From the NCBI GenBank assembly GCA_043228905.1, contig JBHGNT010000005.1, forward strand, positions 11,780,001 to 11,844,000: DNA of 64,000 nucleotides. The letters are read 5' to 3'. This stretch comes from Azolla caroliniana. Taxonomy: Eukaryota; Plantae; Polypodiophyta. The position numbers were made by a program, and so were the translations under genes. The first letter of the stretch is position 1, and the number at the start of each line of letters is the position of its first letter. The notes under the pieces were generated by a model, which was given only the letters and a program-made list of their open reading frames with translations, did no database searches and was not told the DNA's origin. Shown in pieces: positions 25,102 through 39,700 of the stretch.

Positions 25102-25734
25102 AACACCAATCAGGTTTTTGGTTCCGGACTCCGATCCGGCTGTGGCTTATTCAGCCGATCTAGATCCGGTTGAGCTTGTCCGCTCAAGAAACACTTATAA
25201 CCCTTTTGCTCATCTGAGTAGCCGATGAGAATGCACTTCTCGACCTTCGCGTCTAGCTTCCTCTGTTTTTCCTTCGGCACATGCACATACACAATGCTAC
25301 CGAAGACTGAAAAAGACATCTCAGCTTACTCAAACCTCTTTCTATTGGGGGTTATAACACTTATAACCCTTTTGCTCATCTGAGTAGCCAACGAGAATGC
25401 ACTTCTTGGCCTTCGCATCTTGCTTCCTCCGCTTTTCCTTCGGCACATGCACATATACAATACTAATGAAAACCCTCAAGTGTGCTAAATTCAGTTTCTT
25501 TCCGAAATAAAGCTTATGTGGTGACACTCCTCCATTTGCAGAAGTTCGATTCTGCAGGTATACCGCTGTCCTAACGGCTTAGACCCAGTAAAATTTCAGC
25601 ATATGCTTCTCCTCCAAAACCACCTTGGCCGTTTCATCGATCGTTTGATTCTTCCTCTCGGCCACGTTGTTCCGCTACGTCGTGTATTTGCAAGAGAATT
25701 CGTGTCAAATTACTTCCTTTTGAAGATAGCTAGA
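25102..25734 (-). mobile_element. Ty1/copia integrase C-terminal remnants (partly duplicated)
   Basis: VYVHVPKEK.RK.DAK..KCIL.GYSDEQKGYKC occurs twice. Confidence 0.75.
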
Positions 25735-28700
25735 TGTCAAGAACTACGCGCTCCTAATGAACAATGCTCGGCCACAACCAAGCTTAGAATCAAACACAGA
25801 AAATGGGAATGAATGCACGACACAATGGAGAGAAAGGGTACACAGGATGTTTACGTGGAAAACCCAAACACGGGAAAAACCACAACAGTCCACTGACTGC
25901 TAACTATCATTATGCGACAATATACAATAGATGAACACAGAGGCAACGACCTCTTGTTCGCTATCTTCACCACAAGCGGCGGTTACAATAGAGATACGAA
26001 CTTTTCATCTCTCTCTCTCTCTCTCTCTCTGTACATTGTTGCGATCTAATCTTGCGCCAACAAGAATGACAACAACATGATACACTAAGTTTGCCCTAAG
26101 TCATATTTATACTAAAATGACTTTTCGGCTATTTACAAATATAGTCCCGATGGACTCTCAGAAACATATTTACTAATATGTCCCTTCATCCGGTGAGCAC
26201 TCCTCACCAGGCCTGCATCATCCGGCGCTTGGCAGGCACTCGTCATCCGGTTCTCACCGAGTCTTCCGTATCCGGGTACTCCTCATCCGGTTCTCACCGG
26301 GTCTTCCATTTCCGGGTACTCATCATCCTGTTCTCACCGGGTTTTCCATTTCCGGGTACTCTTCATCCGGTTCTCACCGGGTCTTCCGTTTCCGGGTACT
26401 CTTCATCTGGTTCTCACCGGGTCTCCCGTAGCCGGGTGCTCCACATCCAGTTTCAGCCGAGGCCGATAGCCTATGAACACTGTTCTTCGCACTTCCCATC
26501 CGGAGGGACCTGTCTCCCAACAAACTCCCCCTTCACTCCGGCATGGGGTGTCTTACTAGTCTGATCCGCTCCCGACATGCATCCAGCTTGTCGGGTATCA
26601 GTACTTTGGTCAGCATATCTGATCCATTCTTGGCCGTGTGGATCTTCATCAACGCAAACTCTCGATCTTCTACTCGCTCCCGGATCCAGTGATACCTCCG
26701 CTAGATATGCTTCGTCCGAGAATGGTAGGCCGCATTCTTAGCAAGGTGGATGGCACTTTGACTATCACAATAGAGTCGGTATTCATCTTGTCGGATACCG
26801 AGCTCTCCGATGAAGTCCTTCATCCATAATATTTCCTTGCCGACTTCCACAGCCGCCATGTACTCCGCTTCCGTGGTTGACAACGCAACCGTCTTCTGCA
26901 ACCTCGACTGCCACGAAACAGCTACCCCTGCATATGTCATTACATACCCGGATGTAGACCGGCTGGTATCCACATCAGCCAACATGTCCGAATCGGTAAA
27001 ACCGTCAAGTTGAGGTTTACCGGAGTCGAAACAGAGACACATGTTCGAAGTGCCCTTCAAGTACCGGAGTATCCATTGGACCGCGTTCCTGTGCTCCTTG
27101 CCGGGATTTCTCATAAACCGTCTCACCACTCCAACTGCGTATCCTATATCTGGTCAGGTACACACCATTGCGTACATTAAGCTCCCGATGGTAGAGGCAT
27201 ATCAACCTTAGCGACATGCACGTACACGAGACACCCGAACACCTTCAGATGCCGGTAGGACACTTCCTTACCGGTCCATACTCTCTGCGGCGTGTCTCCA
27301 TCCGAGGGTACTGAGGGTGATCTGTTTATCACATATGTCGTCGTTGATAGTGCCTCAACCCAAAACGTCTTGGGTAATTTTGCATGCGCTAGCATACTCC
27401 GGACCCTCTTCATTATGGTCCGGTTCATCCTCTCGGCCAGCCCGTTTAGTTCCGGCGTCTTCGGCACGGTAAATTCAAGCCGGATTCCCTTCGAGCGATA
27501 GTACTTCTCGAACTGCCCCTGGTATTCACCTACGTTATCTGCTCGAACCGCCTTCAGCTTCCGGCCGGTTTCTCTTTCCACTCTCGCGTGGACCTCTTTG
27601 AAGACGGATAGCACCTGATCCTTCGTTTTCAACGGTGTGGCCCACAACTTCTGGCTATGGTCATCTATGAACGTCACGAAGTACTGTGATCCTACATGTG
27701 ACTTCGTGTCCACTTGACACACATCATTATGCACCAACTACAATGGTGCATTACGTCTCATCGGTGGCCTCAATCGGAAGGAGGTCCAGTCTTGTTTACC
27801 GGCCAGACAATCAGTGCACTTCTCCAAGTGCACGTTCTTCACTGGAATGAGGTTGTCGTCTGCAAGCCTCTTCATCCCCTTCTCGCTCATGTGACACAGC
27901 CTTTTGTGCCATAGCTCACCGGCAGTGTTGGATGCCACGTTCACTTCCTCCACACATAACCGGGCATTCATCAGGTACAACATGTTTAACTTCCGGGCCC
28001 GAGCCACAATCAGGCTCCCTTTGCTGAACTTCATAACACCGTTCCGGATGCTACCCGTGTAGCCTTCATAATGTAGCCGACCGGCTGATATCAGGTTCAG
28101 ATGAACCTCCAGAACGTGCCGAACATCCTTCAACAGCATCTTGCATCTGTTTGGTGTTGTCAACCACACGTTTCCTATGCCGACAATTCGGCATGTACCT
28201 GCATTCCCCATCCGGACACAGCCGTGATCACCGGTTGAGTAGGATGAGAAGCATTTCCGGTCCGGGGTAAGGTGGAACGACGCTCCGGAGTCGACCACCC
28301 ATGTTATCTCGTCGCCGGCAAGGTTTAGCTCACTCTCCTCGGTGATGAGCATCAACTCTTCTTCACTTGCCGCGATTGCCGTTGTTCCCTTCCAGTCCGT
28401 TCCCCTCCGGTCTTTACCGTTCCGGTCCGGTGTCCGCTTCGAATCGGTGCCATCGGTTTCCTTGTCCTTTCGGAAGTGCCGACAGTTTTTCTGGAAGTTT
28501 CCCGGCTTGCCGCAATAGAAGCAGGTAGGCCTCCACCTTGACTTTGACCGTGTCCCCGACTTCTCCCGGTTCTAGGAACTACGGTTCCTTTGTCTTCCGC
28601 GTTTCGATTCGGTAAGGAGCGCTTTGGAGTCGGAGCTCGTATCCTTTTCTTTCCGACGCGCCTCCTCATCTAGCAAGCTCGACTTCACTCCTTCTAGGGA

Positions 28701-29519
28701 TAACAATTTCCCTTCCGGCCTGGCGTTGCCCAAAGTGACAACCAACGTCTCCCAGCTATCCGAGAGCGAACCGAGCAGGAGTAGCGCTAGTACCTCATTG
28801 GCGAGAGGTACTTCCAATGATGTTGCCTAGTGGATCAGCCCCTGGAAGGCATTCATGTGCTCCGCCATGCTGGAGCCATCTTGGTACCGGAGTCTTACTA
28901 TCTTCCGAAATACCGAAACCTGATTGACAACATTTTTGTTATGAAACATAATGTTGATCTTCTCCCAGAGCTCATGAGCCTTGCTCTCTTCATTGAAGTT
29001 GTTGTATAGGCTCATGTCGATGAAGCACCATATATACGCCGTTGTCTTCATGTGCATCACCTCCCATATCGCGACGTCGATCTTCTCCGGTCTCTTGTTC
29101 CCGAACTGAACCGGCAACCAAATATCTTTAACCACGAGCATGTCCCTCATCTTCGACATCCACACTGAATAGTTGGAGCCGGTGAGCTTGAACATACTTC
29201 CCAATGAATCGTCCATTTTCTGTGTCGTTTCGCTCTAATACCACTTTGTCAAGAACTACGCGCTCCCAATGAACAATGCTCGGCCACAACCAAGCTTAAA
29301 ATCAAACACAAAAAACAGGAATGAATGCACGACACAATGGAGAGAAAGGGTACACAGGATGTTTACGTGGAAAACCCAAACACGGGAAAAACCACGGCAA
29401 TCCAATGACTGCTAACTATCACTATGTGATAATATACAATAGATGAACACAGAGGCAACAACCTCTTGTTCACTGTCTTCGCCACAGGCGACGGTTACAA
29501 CAGAGATATGAACTTTTTG

Positions 29520-29571
<52 letters not shown>

Positions 29572-31100
29572 GGTGTGTGTGTGTGTACACTGTTGCAATC
29601 TAATCTTGCGCCAACAAGAATGACAACAACATGATTCACTAAGTTTTCCCTAAGTCATACTTATACTAAAATGACTTTTCGGCTATCTACAAATATAGTC
29701 CCGATGGACTCTCAGAAACATATTTACTAATATGTCCCTTCATCCGGTGAGCACTCCTCACCGGACCTGCATCATCCGGCGCTTGGCAGGCACTCGTCAT
29801 CCGGTTCCCACCGGGTCTTCCGTTTCCGGGTACTCTTCATCCGGTTCTCACCGGGTCTTCCATTTCCGGGTACTGTTCATCCGGTTCTCACCGGGTCTTC
29901 CGTTTCCAGGTACTCTTCATCTAGTTCTCACCGGGTCTCCTGTAGCCGGGTGCTCCACATCCGGTTTCGGCCGAGGCCGATAGCCTATCAACAGTATTCT
30001 TCTCACTTCCCATCAGGAGGGACCTTTCTCCCAACAAACTCCCCCTTCACTCCAGCATGGGGTTTCTTACTAGTCCGATCCGCTTCCGACATGCATCCAG
30101 CTTGTTGGGTATTAGTTTGGTCAGCATATCTGTCCCGTTCTCGGCCGTGTGGATCTTCATCAACGCAAACTCTCGATCTTCTACTCGCTCCAGGATCCAG
30201 TGATACCTCCGCTGTATATGTTTCGTCCGAGAATGGTAGGCCGCATTCTTAGCAAGGTGGATGGCACTTTGACTATCACAATAGAGTCGGTATTCATCTT
30301 GCCGGATACCGAGCTCTCCGATGAAGTCCTTCATCCATAATATTTCCTTGCCGACTTCCACAGCCGCCATGTACTCCGCTTCCGTGGTTGACAACGCAAC
30401 CGTCTTCTGCAGCCTCGACTGCCACGAAACAGCTACCCCTGCATATGTCATTACATACCCGGATGTAGACCGGCTGGTATCCACATCAGCCAACATGTCC
30501 GAATCGGTAAAACCGTCAAGTTGAGGTTTACCGGAGTCGAAACAGAGACACATGTTCGAAGTGCCCTTCAAGTACCGGAGTATCCATTGGACCGCGTTCC
30601 TGTGCTCCTTGCCGGGATTTCTCATAAACCGTCTCACCACTCCGACTGCGTATCCTATATCTGGTCAGGTACACACCATTGTGTACATTAAGCTCCCGAC
30701 GGTAGAGGCATATGGAACCTTCATCATATCAGCCTTCTTTACTTTCGTCTTCGGGCTTTGCTTACCAGATAATCAGCAGTTTACCGGGAGTGTCGATTTG
30801 ACCGGTTTCGCTTTTAACATGTTGAATTGCTGAAGCACCTTTGTCACGTATTTCTCCTGTGACAGCCACAACTGCTTCGTTGGCCGGTTCCGAATGATAT
30901 GCATCCCCAACATCTGTCTTGCTGGACCCAAGTCTTTCATTGCGAAGGTTCGATTGAGAGCCTTCTTCAGCATCCGTATTTTGGCTTGGTCCCGTCCGAC
31001 AATCAACATGTCGTTCACGTATAGAAGGAGTATCAGGAAGTCGCCTCCTTCGAACTTCTTCACAAACACGCAGTGATCGGCCTGCGTCTTGTCCTCTGTC
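25735..31100 (-). mobile_element. Tandem Tnt1/Tork-like copia: LTR (25735-26522), internal region with RT deleted, LTR (29247-30036), second RNaseH/RT
   Basis: A PPT follows both LTRs; mutated PBS near 29232-29243; gag 29216, protease DSGAS, integrase, two near-identical RNaseH ORFs. Confidence 0.88.
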
Positions 31101-31839
31101 CATGGTCTTGTCTTTCCTTTTCCGAAAAGCGAGAAACTTGACTTTGTTTTGTGTGCTTGCTTTTCTGTCGGCTGTAGAGGAGTCTCAACCCTGACACTCT
31201 GATACCATGTGAAAAATACGTGTGTAGAATCATGTGCGATAAACACCGAGTACATAGTTGGTTTCGAAAACTCGATAGTTAGGTAAACATAGAGAATGTT
31301 GTATGAGAGAGAGAGAGAGAGACAGAGCAGAAAACAACTTCTATTTCGAATAATCAACACTCTGCACATATGTTGTGCTCAGTGAGCACGTTTTATATTG
31401 GCTCTTGAGGACTGGGCTGACACAAGTACCGTCAATACTTGAATGCTCATAAATGAGCCTGACAGTAAATCTGTCTACAATATTCCTCTTTACCATAGTA
31501 GGAATATAGACTCTCAACGGCCTTTCAGAATCCTTCCTACTCGGTTCACGGCCCTCGGCCCTCAGCCCTCGGTTCCCGGCTTCTTCAGCCGAATAGGACC
31601 ATGTTGAGCTTGTCTCTCAACAACCCTTGTTAGCTCCCTTCCTGTCATGGTATTGGGTCCCCTCGACTCATCAACTCTTCCGTCTTGGTGCTAGCTTTGG
31701 TTGCTTTCTCATCTGCTTGGCCTTCTATGATTCGGTTTGTCCGAATAGAACTCCTTGACCAAATCGGCTTTCTCTGATTCATTCCGGTTCTTGTCCGAAT
31801 CAGTTGTCTACGATTTGTCCTCCTTTAGGCTCCTGACCA

Positions 31840-33380
31840 CATCTTCCCGCATCAGTTGCAACCTGAAAAGGTTTTGAAGGATCTGGTAAAAGAAGCGAAG
31901 GAGCCTTGCACACCAGGTCTTTGAGCTCCTTAAAGGCGAGGTCTAGTGTAGCATCCCATACAATAGGTTTTGTAGACTTACGCATTTGACCTTTCAGAAG
32001 ATGAGTAAACGGCGTTGTCAATTGGGAATAATTGCAAAGAGATTTTCACAAAAACCCGACAAATTCAATGAATGATCGAACTTCTCGAATATTCCGAAGA
32101 GTGGGCCAAATTTTGACTTTCTCGATGCGAGAAGGATCAATTTCAACTCCTTGTTCAGTTATGAGTTGTCCAAGATAAGTAATTCATTTCTTGAAGAACT
32201 CGCATTTTGAGATCTTCCTGTAGAATTGTTTGTCATGCAATGTTTGTAAAACAAAGTGCACATGTTTAGCATGTTCTTGTAATGTACGACTATAAACTAT
32301 AATATCTTCCAAGAAAATAACGACAAAATTTTCAAGTTGTTCTCAGAAAATGTCATTCATTTCTTGTTGAAATGTGAGCAAAGCATTGGTCAAACTGAAA
32401 GGCATGACCAAAAACTCATAATGACCATAGCACATTTAAAATTCCGGTTTAGGAACATCTTCGTCACTTATACGAATTTGATGGTAGCCCATACGAAGAT
32501 CAAGTTTCGTAAAGTATCGAGCTCCCTGGAGACAGACAATTATATCGTCAGCTCGGGGCAATGGATATGAATTCTTGATCGTTACTTTATTCAAGTGTCG
32601 GTAATTAATACATACACACCATGTGCCCTCTTTCTTTTTTACCAAGAGAACACACCTCATGGAGATTTACTGTAATGTATATAACCCATTTCTAAATAGT
32701 CCTTGAGTTGCTTAGATACCTCATCCTTTCGGACCGAGTTAAGCGATATGGAGGTATACTTATTGGTGCAATGCCAGGTACAATATCTATACGATGGTCT
32801 ATATTACGTTTAGGAGGTAACCCATGTGGTAGTTCACTCGGAAAAACATCACGAAAATCATTTAAGATTTCATCGAGTAGTTGTTCAAAATATGATAAAT
32901 GACCTGAGACACTATCGATATTATAAACGTGAATGTTCGGATCTAGTACACAATAAAATAAAGAACAACAACACAACTTGGATATTGATGGAGAGGAAAC
33001 AGTCGAAAGAGATTGACTTTTTACACATTGAATAAAATAAATACAATCGTTCAGTACAAAGGTAATGGAATGGTGAACCCAATTAATAGATAAAGAAGAG
33101 TTTTTATTATAAAACTAGGGATAACCCAGTATTACATCAGTGCTACAAAGATTCATTACATGGAAGTCTACTTCCTCTATATAAGTATCAATAGAAATTC
33201 CTAATGAATGAATCATCCTGTTGATGTATTGTACTCTTCCATTAGCCAAGTGCACCTTATAGGTGTGATCACTTACGGTGGGTTGGATTCCCGATATCTG
33301 AACTAAACAATCATTCACAAAGTTGTGTGAGCTTCCGAATCAAATAAGAATTGTATGGGAGATCCATTGACATAGCCCAT
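31840..33380 (-). mobile_element. Degraded Ty3/gypsy protease-RT remnant
   Basis: LP.GLPPKR.IDHRID, YPLPR.DD, TKLDLR.GYHQIRI, LLLPDPSKPF.V.TDA. Confidence 0.8.
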
Positions 33381-33742
33381 TGAGTCCCATAAAGTTCTAT
33401 ACACATCAATTAAGTAATTGTAAATGTTCTTTCCCTCACTATGTATTGGGACTCAATGATTTACTACATTCAAACAATGGGACTCAATGGGAGCTTCCGA
33501 ATCAAATAAGAATTGTATGGGCTCATCATTACGATGACATAGCCTAAAGTGCAATTTAATGGTCTCGCCACACGAACCCTCTTTTCGTAGTAAGCCCACG
33601 TGGCCCATCACATGGTTACATCATTACGAATGGCTTTCATAACAATGATCTCATGGTGGCATCGTAACCATGTAACGAGGGGGGGATGTTGGATGCATGT
33701 ATCATAGGAGCGACCTCACTTGAAGTGGGTCAAGCCCTACAC

Positions 33743-36700
33743 ACTCTAGAGATCTTCTAGATTACTCTACATTCTAGGATAACCTAGAATATTCTAGAGT
33801 GTTCTCTATTACTTATAAATAGGGATCTATCACCCATCCCAAACCTAAATTGGTTCAACACCATTTTGTAGCCTACTCTTTGTAATCCATTTTACGCTTC
33901 AATATAATAATTCTCTTTCAATTATCTCTCTATCTCTTTTTCTCTCTTAGTCTTGACAGTTTGAACCAATTTTGTTCCTTTCATCTCTTCGTCTTCCACA
34001 AACCCTAACAAGTTCTCTTCTTCCTTCTCCTCTCCCCTCGTAAGCTATGGAGTCCGTGAGCAAACAAGAATACATACGTGTTCTTTCTGAGCTCGACATG
34101 CTCACGAATAAATTTGTGGCATTAGAGCATGAGAATCAAAGGCTACTTGGAGATCTACAACACGTGAGCGCCGAAAAAGCTCAACAATATGAAGAGTTAT
34201 CCCAGCGGGTTCATCAACTCGAGGCGACTATATTGTCATTACGAGAGCAAGCGTCGGGGGCTCAGAACTCCCCTAGAGAGCCAAAGATCAGCCTCCCTGC
34301 CAAGTTTGATGGTACGAGGTCTTTATTTCAAGGCTTTTTGAATCAAGTTCATCTAGTTATTAGCTACATCCCAATCGGTATCCAACTGATGCAGCTCGTG
34401 TGGGATTAGTGGGAACTTTGCTATGCGGTACAACGTTAGCATGGTTCGCACCACGTCTCGAGAAGAAATCACCATTGCTGGAGGATTTCGATGCATTTGT
34501 TAAAGAGTTTCAAGCTAGTTTCAGAGAGCTCGACAGCACTAGGACAACGATAAACAAGATTCGAAGGCTCCGACAAGGAGATCGTCCCGCATCGGCTTAT
34601 GCAGCTGATTTCCGTCTCTTGGCATGCGATATCCCTTGGGATGAGGCGGCCTTAATGGATCAATTCCGCCTTGATGTCAAAGATCTTCCTCTTACTTTCC
34701 CTGAAGATCCGAAGTCACTTATAGAAGCCATTAGTCAAGCTATGCGATGTGATAATCGCCTATTTGAGCGACGTTTTGAGCGCCAACAAATGTTACGCTG
34801 CCAACCTGAGCAGACTTACGCTTCCGTAGTCGCAATGCCTCCACAAGTTTCTAGACCCATTACAAGGGATGGCCCAACTCCGATGGAAATAGAGTCAACA
34901 CAACGTCGTGGGCCGTTATCAGATGTTGAGAAGCAACGACGTCGTGCATTACCTCTGCATGTATTGTGGCGGTCCAGGACATATAGTTGTAAATTGTCCA
35001 CATAAACCTAGGTGTCAAGTATACCAAGTAAGTGCCCATGAAAACCCTACATCGAGTTTTATTGTTACTTCTAATAACATAAATAAGCCTCATAGTCCAT
35101 GCCATGAGAATAGATTCGATGTCTTGAGTCAATTAGAGGATGTGTTAAACGAGTAAGTCCGGCCAAAATAGGAGCCATTTGGTTGGACCATCCTAGCTAG
35201 GTAGAGTTAGTTCCTAGTCGTGGTTCCATTTCATCAAATCAAGTGAGTCGAGTTTTTTCAGCACAAGTCGAGCTTACCACGTCTACATGTCATCGAGTCC
35301 TAGGCTCGGCCCTTCTAGATTCTCAAGCCAACTCTTGTTTCATGGATTGTGAATTTGCCTTATCACAAAACATCCTCTTGAATAAGCTTCCCAGCCCAGT
35401 AGCTGTAGGAGTCATTGATGGACGTCCCATAACATCAGGAGATATAGTCGAGGAGGTCGAGCCAATTAGGATAGTTCTTGGCAATTTGGCAAGCATAATC
35501 TCTTTCAACATTATTCGTAGTTCGGAACACCCAATAGTTCTAGGTCTCCCCTGGTTTGAACTCCATAACTCGAAGATTGATTGGATGAAAAGAACAATTG
35601 AGGAGACCCAGGAAAAAAGCACAAACCCCACATCCCTCTCTCCTACATGTGATAATAGATACCCGGAGTTATTGCCCATCTCTTTACGACAGCTGCGGGA
35701 GGAAGGGGGGAACGAGGCCATGTTCGTCTTCGCAATAATAGCAACTCCATCATCCACTTCACGTGAAGTGGACATTAAACTACTAGAGAAATACAAGGAG
35801 TTTTCGGATGTCTTTGATAAGGTGAAGGCCAATACATTGCCGGAGCATCGGCCATACGACTACCCTATTGACTTACAACCAGGGAAAGAACCTCCATGGG
35901 GCCCAATTTATAATCTCTCCCCTGTAGAGCTAGAGACTTTGTGGGAATATATTGATGAGAATCTGGCAAACGAATTCATTCGGCATTCTAGATCCCCTGC
36001 TGGTGCACCTATCTTCTTTGTTAAGAAGAAGAATGGGACTCTTCGGTTGGTCGTGGATTATCGAGGGCTAAACAAAGTGACTATCCGGAATAGATATGCT
36101 CTACCATTAATCCCGAATCTTTTGGAATGTCTTAGTGGTGCAAAATATTTCACGAAGTTGGACCTTCGCGGAGCATATAATCTCGTTCGGATTCGCCCAG
36201 GGGATGAATGGAAGACAACTTTCCGCACTCGCTATGGACATTTTGAGTATACAGTGATGCCATTCGGTCTCATGAATGCACCTGCTGTTTTCCAACATAT
36301 GGCGAATGATATTTTTCGAGATTTTCTTGATATCTTCACTATAGTTTACCTAGATGATATTTTAATCTACTCAAAGACCCAAGAGGAGGCTGACGAACAT
36401 GTTCGTCAGGTACTGTGTCGACTCCAAGAATATGGTCTCTACGCAAAATTAGAAAAGTGTAGTTTCGGCTAGAATCAAGTGGAATTTTTGGGGTATGTTG
36501 TATCGTCAAATGGTATTGCTATGGACCCCATGAAGGTACAAGCAATTTTAGAGTGGCAAACGCCCCTTTCAATGCGTGATGTGCAATGTTTTCTCGGGTT
36601 TGCAAATTTTTATCAAAAATTTATTAAAGATTATTCCAAGGTTGTGCTTCCGCTTACTCAACTCACACATAAAGATCAACCATTTATATGGAGTTCAGAT

Positions 36701-39700
36701 GCAACAGAGGCATTCGAAAGCTTAAAACGAGCATTTACAACGGTGTCACGTTGTTACGCACGTGCGTGTAGAAGGGCGGGACCACGGGGGTCTCGGACGA
36801 GGGAAGAAGGGAAACCGAGAAGACGATTCCGGACGCATTCCGGAAGCAACCGAACAGGAGAGAGAAAGAGAGAGAGCGCGCTCTTGACACCGACTCACAC
36901 CCATACACACACACCACGCCGACCCAACTCACGCCCTTATGTACAGAAACAGAGGTAAGAGAACACCAAAACACCCACACAAACACCGATACGCAGAACC
37001 CTCCATGCATATATTACAAGACTAAGACACAATGCTGGTATCGAGCCTGACCTAAGTAGCTCAGGTTACAACAGTCGTCTATTGCCAAGCCGCCGGTCGG
37101 GGAGCTCTCGGGCTTGTCACGCCGAGCAGGATCTTGCACAGAGAACGAGCAGAAAATAGGAACACGAGATGCCAAGGCTCGATACTCAGAACGACGAAGA
37201 GGAAGAAGCAGCGGCAAGAAGAAGAAAAACGAAACCCTAAACAAGAGGAAGGGAAAGAGGAAGAGAGGACATCTCTTAATCTAACGGTATACCCTACTAA
37301 TACAAAATGGGCAACCCCTTCACCAAGGGCACTCCCTTCCTTTTATAGAACAAGAAGAGGGATCCGTAGCATTGTGGGATAAATCCCCTTATTACATGGG
37401 ATTCTTGTCCCGACTTGATTACTCTTCGGCGCCATAAAGGCGCCCTCGTTATTCACACTAAATGTACAAGGGTGAGCGCACATGCTGCACCCCGCCGATG
37501 TAGCCAATATTTCCCGGTTTCCGCCTCTGGCCGAAATTCTTCATGACAATGGCACCTATCTTAGCACATGTCGACCCAACAAAACGCTTCATCCTCGAAG
37601 CCGATTCATCCAATTTTGCACTAGGGAGTGTCCTCTCGCAGACTGGAGATGATGTACAGCTACACCCTGTCGCCTTTCATTCACGAAAGTTCGAAGCTGG
37701 AGAGATCAACTATGAGATCCATGACAAAGAGCGTCTTGCAATCATGGATTCGTTTCAACAATGGCGACATTTCCTAGAAGGTTCTTCTCAGTAGATCATT
37801 GTCTACAATGATCATCAGAACTTGACTTATTTCCAAAATGCTCGAGTCTTGAGTCGGTGACAAGCCCGGTGGGCGCAATTTTTGACTCACTTCGACTTTA
37901 TCATGATATATCGCCTTGGGATGCAGCAAGGCAAAGCAAATGCTCTTTCTCGGCGCTCTTATATGGAACTTCGTCCAGGGGAACCTGCATTTGAGCATCA
38001 AAAACAAATCCTTTTGGGTCCTAATCGATTACGATTAATGGTAGTTAACGCCATAACAACTCTTGAAAATTCCACTCTTCTTGATTCCATTAGAGATCAT
38101 ATGGCCACTGATGATTTCGCCAAGGATGTTTTGGATCATATCGTCCCAGATCGTGCTTCTTGCTCACGGTCGAAAAATCCTCATAATGACTATTGTCAGT
38201 TCTATTGGCATGGTGGTTTTCTATTTCGACAAAATTTATTGAATGTTCCTGATGGTCCCCCACGGCTACAAGTTTTGCAACATTGCCATGACTCACCAAT
38301 GGCTAGTCATTTTGGAGTTCACAAGACTCTAGAATTAATTTCTCTCGACGCTATTGGTGGCCTCGCCTTCGTCATTTTGTTGAGGAGTAGGTTCGGAGCT
38401 GTGATATATGTTGTCGATCATAGAATCCTCGTCACCAACCCCATGGCTTACTACAACCACTTCCCATTCCGGAAACTCCTTGGAAGTCTATATCCTTGAA
38501 CTTCATTACTGATCTCCCAGTTTCAAAAGGTTTTGATGCAATTCTCACGGTGGTTGATCGATTTACCAAAATGGCACATTTCTTGTCATGTACAAAGTTG
38601 ATTACTAGTCAAGAGGCGGATGATCTCGTTATGCGGGAGGTATTTAAGCATCATGGTCTGCCTGATGATATTATTAGTGATCGTGGTCCACAATTCATCT
38701 CAAAGTTTTGGAAGCACCTGTTCAAACTTCTCCACATTTCAGTTAAGCTTTCTTCGGGCTATCATCCTGAAACAAATGGCCAAACAGAGCGTACCAACCA
38801 GACATTGGAACAATATCTTCATTGTTTCATCAACTATCAACAAGATGATTGGGTTGATTTTTTGCACTTGGCGGAATTCGCGTACAACAACTCAGCCCAT
38901 TCTTCTACAGGATATTCCCCATTTTTCGCAAATACGAGCTGTCATCCTCGGTGGACAATGAATGCGCATCCAGAAGTTCCTACCAACCTTATTGTCGAGG
39001 ATCGTCTTAGTCGCCTCCAAGAAATTCAAGCTAACATTCTCCACAATTTTCACGATGCTCAATTTACACACAAGAGGCTTGCCGATCGTCATCGTCTAGA
39101 CTCCTCAAAAAATTTCCACATTAGGGATCATGTATGGCTTCTCCAACACAACATCAAGACCACTTGACCTTGCAGTAAATTGGATTACCAACGTTTTGGC
39201 CCTTACATTTCGTCTTGACCTTCCTCCGCACATGCATCTTCATCCGGTGTTTCATGTATCCCTTTTGGAACCTTATACTACAAAGTCAATTCCGGGCCGT
39301 CTTACGACACCCCCACCACCTGTCGAGTTCTTGGACGGGCCTGAATTTGAAGTTGCTGTCGTTCTTGATTCTAAAATCGTGCGCAACAAGCTGTATTACT
39401 TAGTCGATTGGCTAGGCTATACCCCCAATGATCGAACTTGGGAACCTGTCGCAAATCTTTCCAGTGCTGCAGAACTCGTCAACGCATTTCATCGCCAATA
39501 TCCTTGTAAACCTGGTCGTAATACAAACCCTACAACCCGTGAGACGTACCGTCGAAGAAGGGGGATAGTGTCATGATAACACTCACATCATGCATCGAAA
39601 GGATCATGACACTCACATTATGACTCGAAAGTCAAAAGGATTTGAACCCACGACCTTGTTGTACACATGTCAAATCCTTAACCATTGTATTAATATTCTT

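Larger units (their letters stand above)
7864..31622 (-). mobile_element. Outer Ty1/copia element (3' LTR 7864-8267, 5' LTR 31208-31622) hosting about 23 kb of nested insertions
   Basis: Similar LTRs; PPT after 8267; tRNA-iMet PBS at 31196-31207; flanks GCCCT/ACCCT; joined flanks match the uninterrupted paralogue near 8455-8500. Confidence 0.7.
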
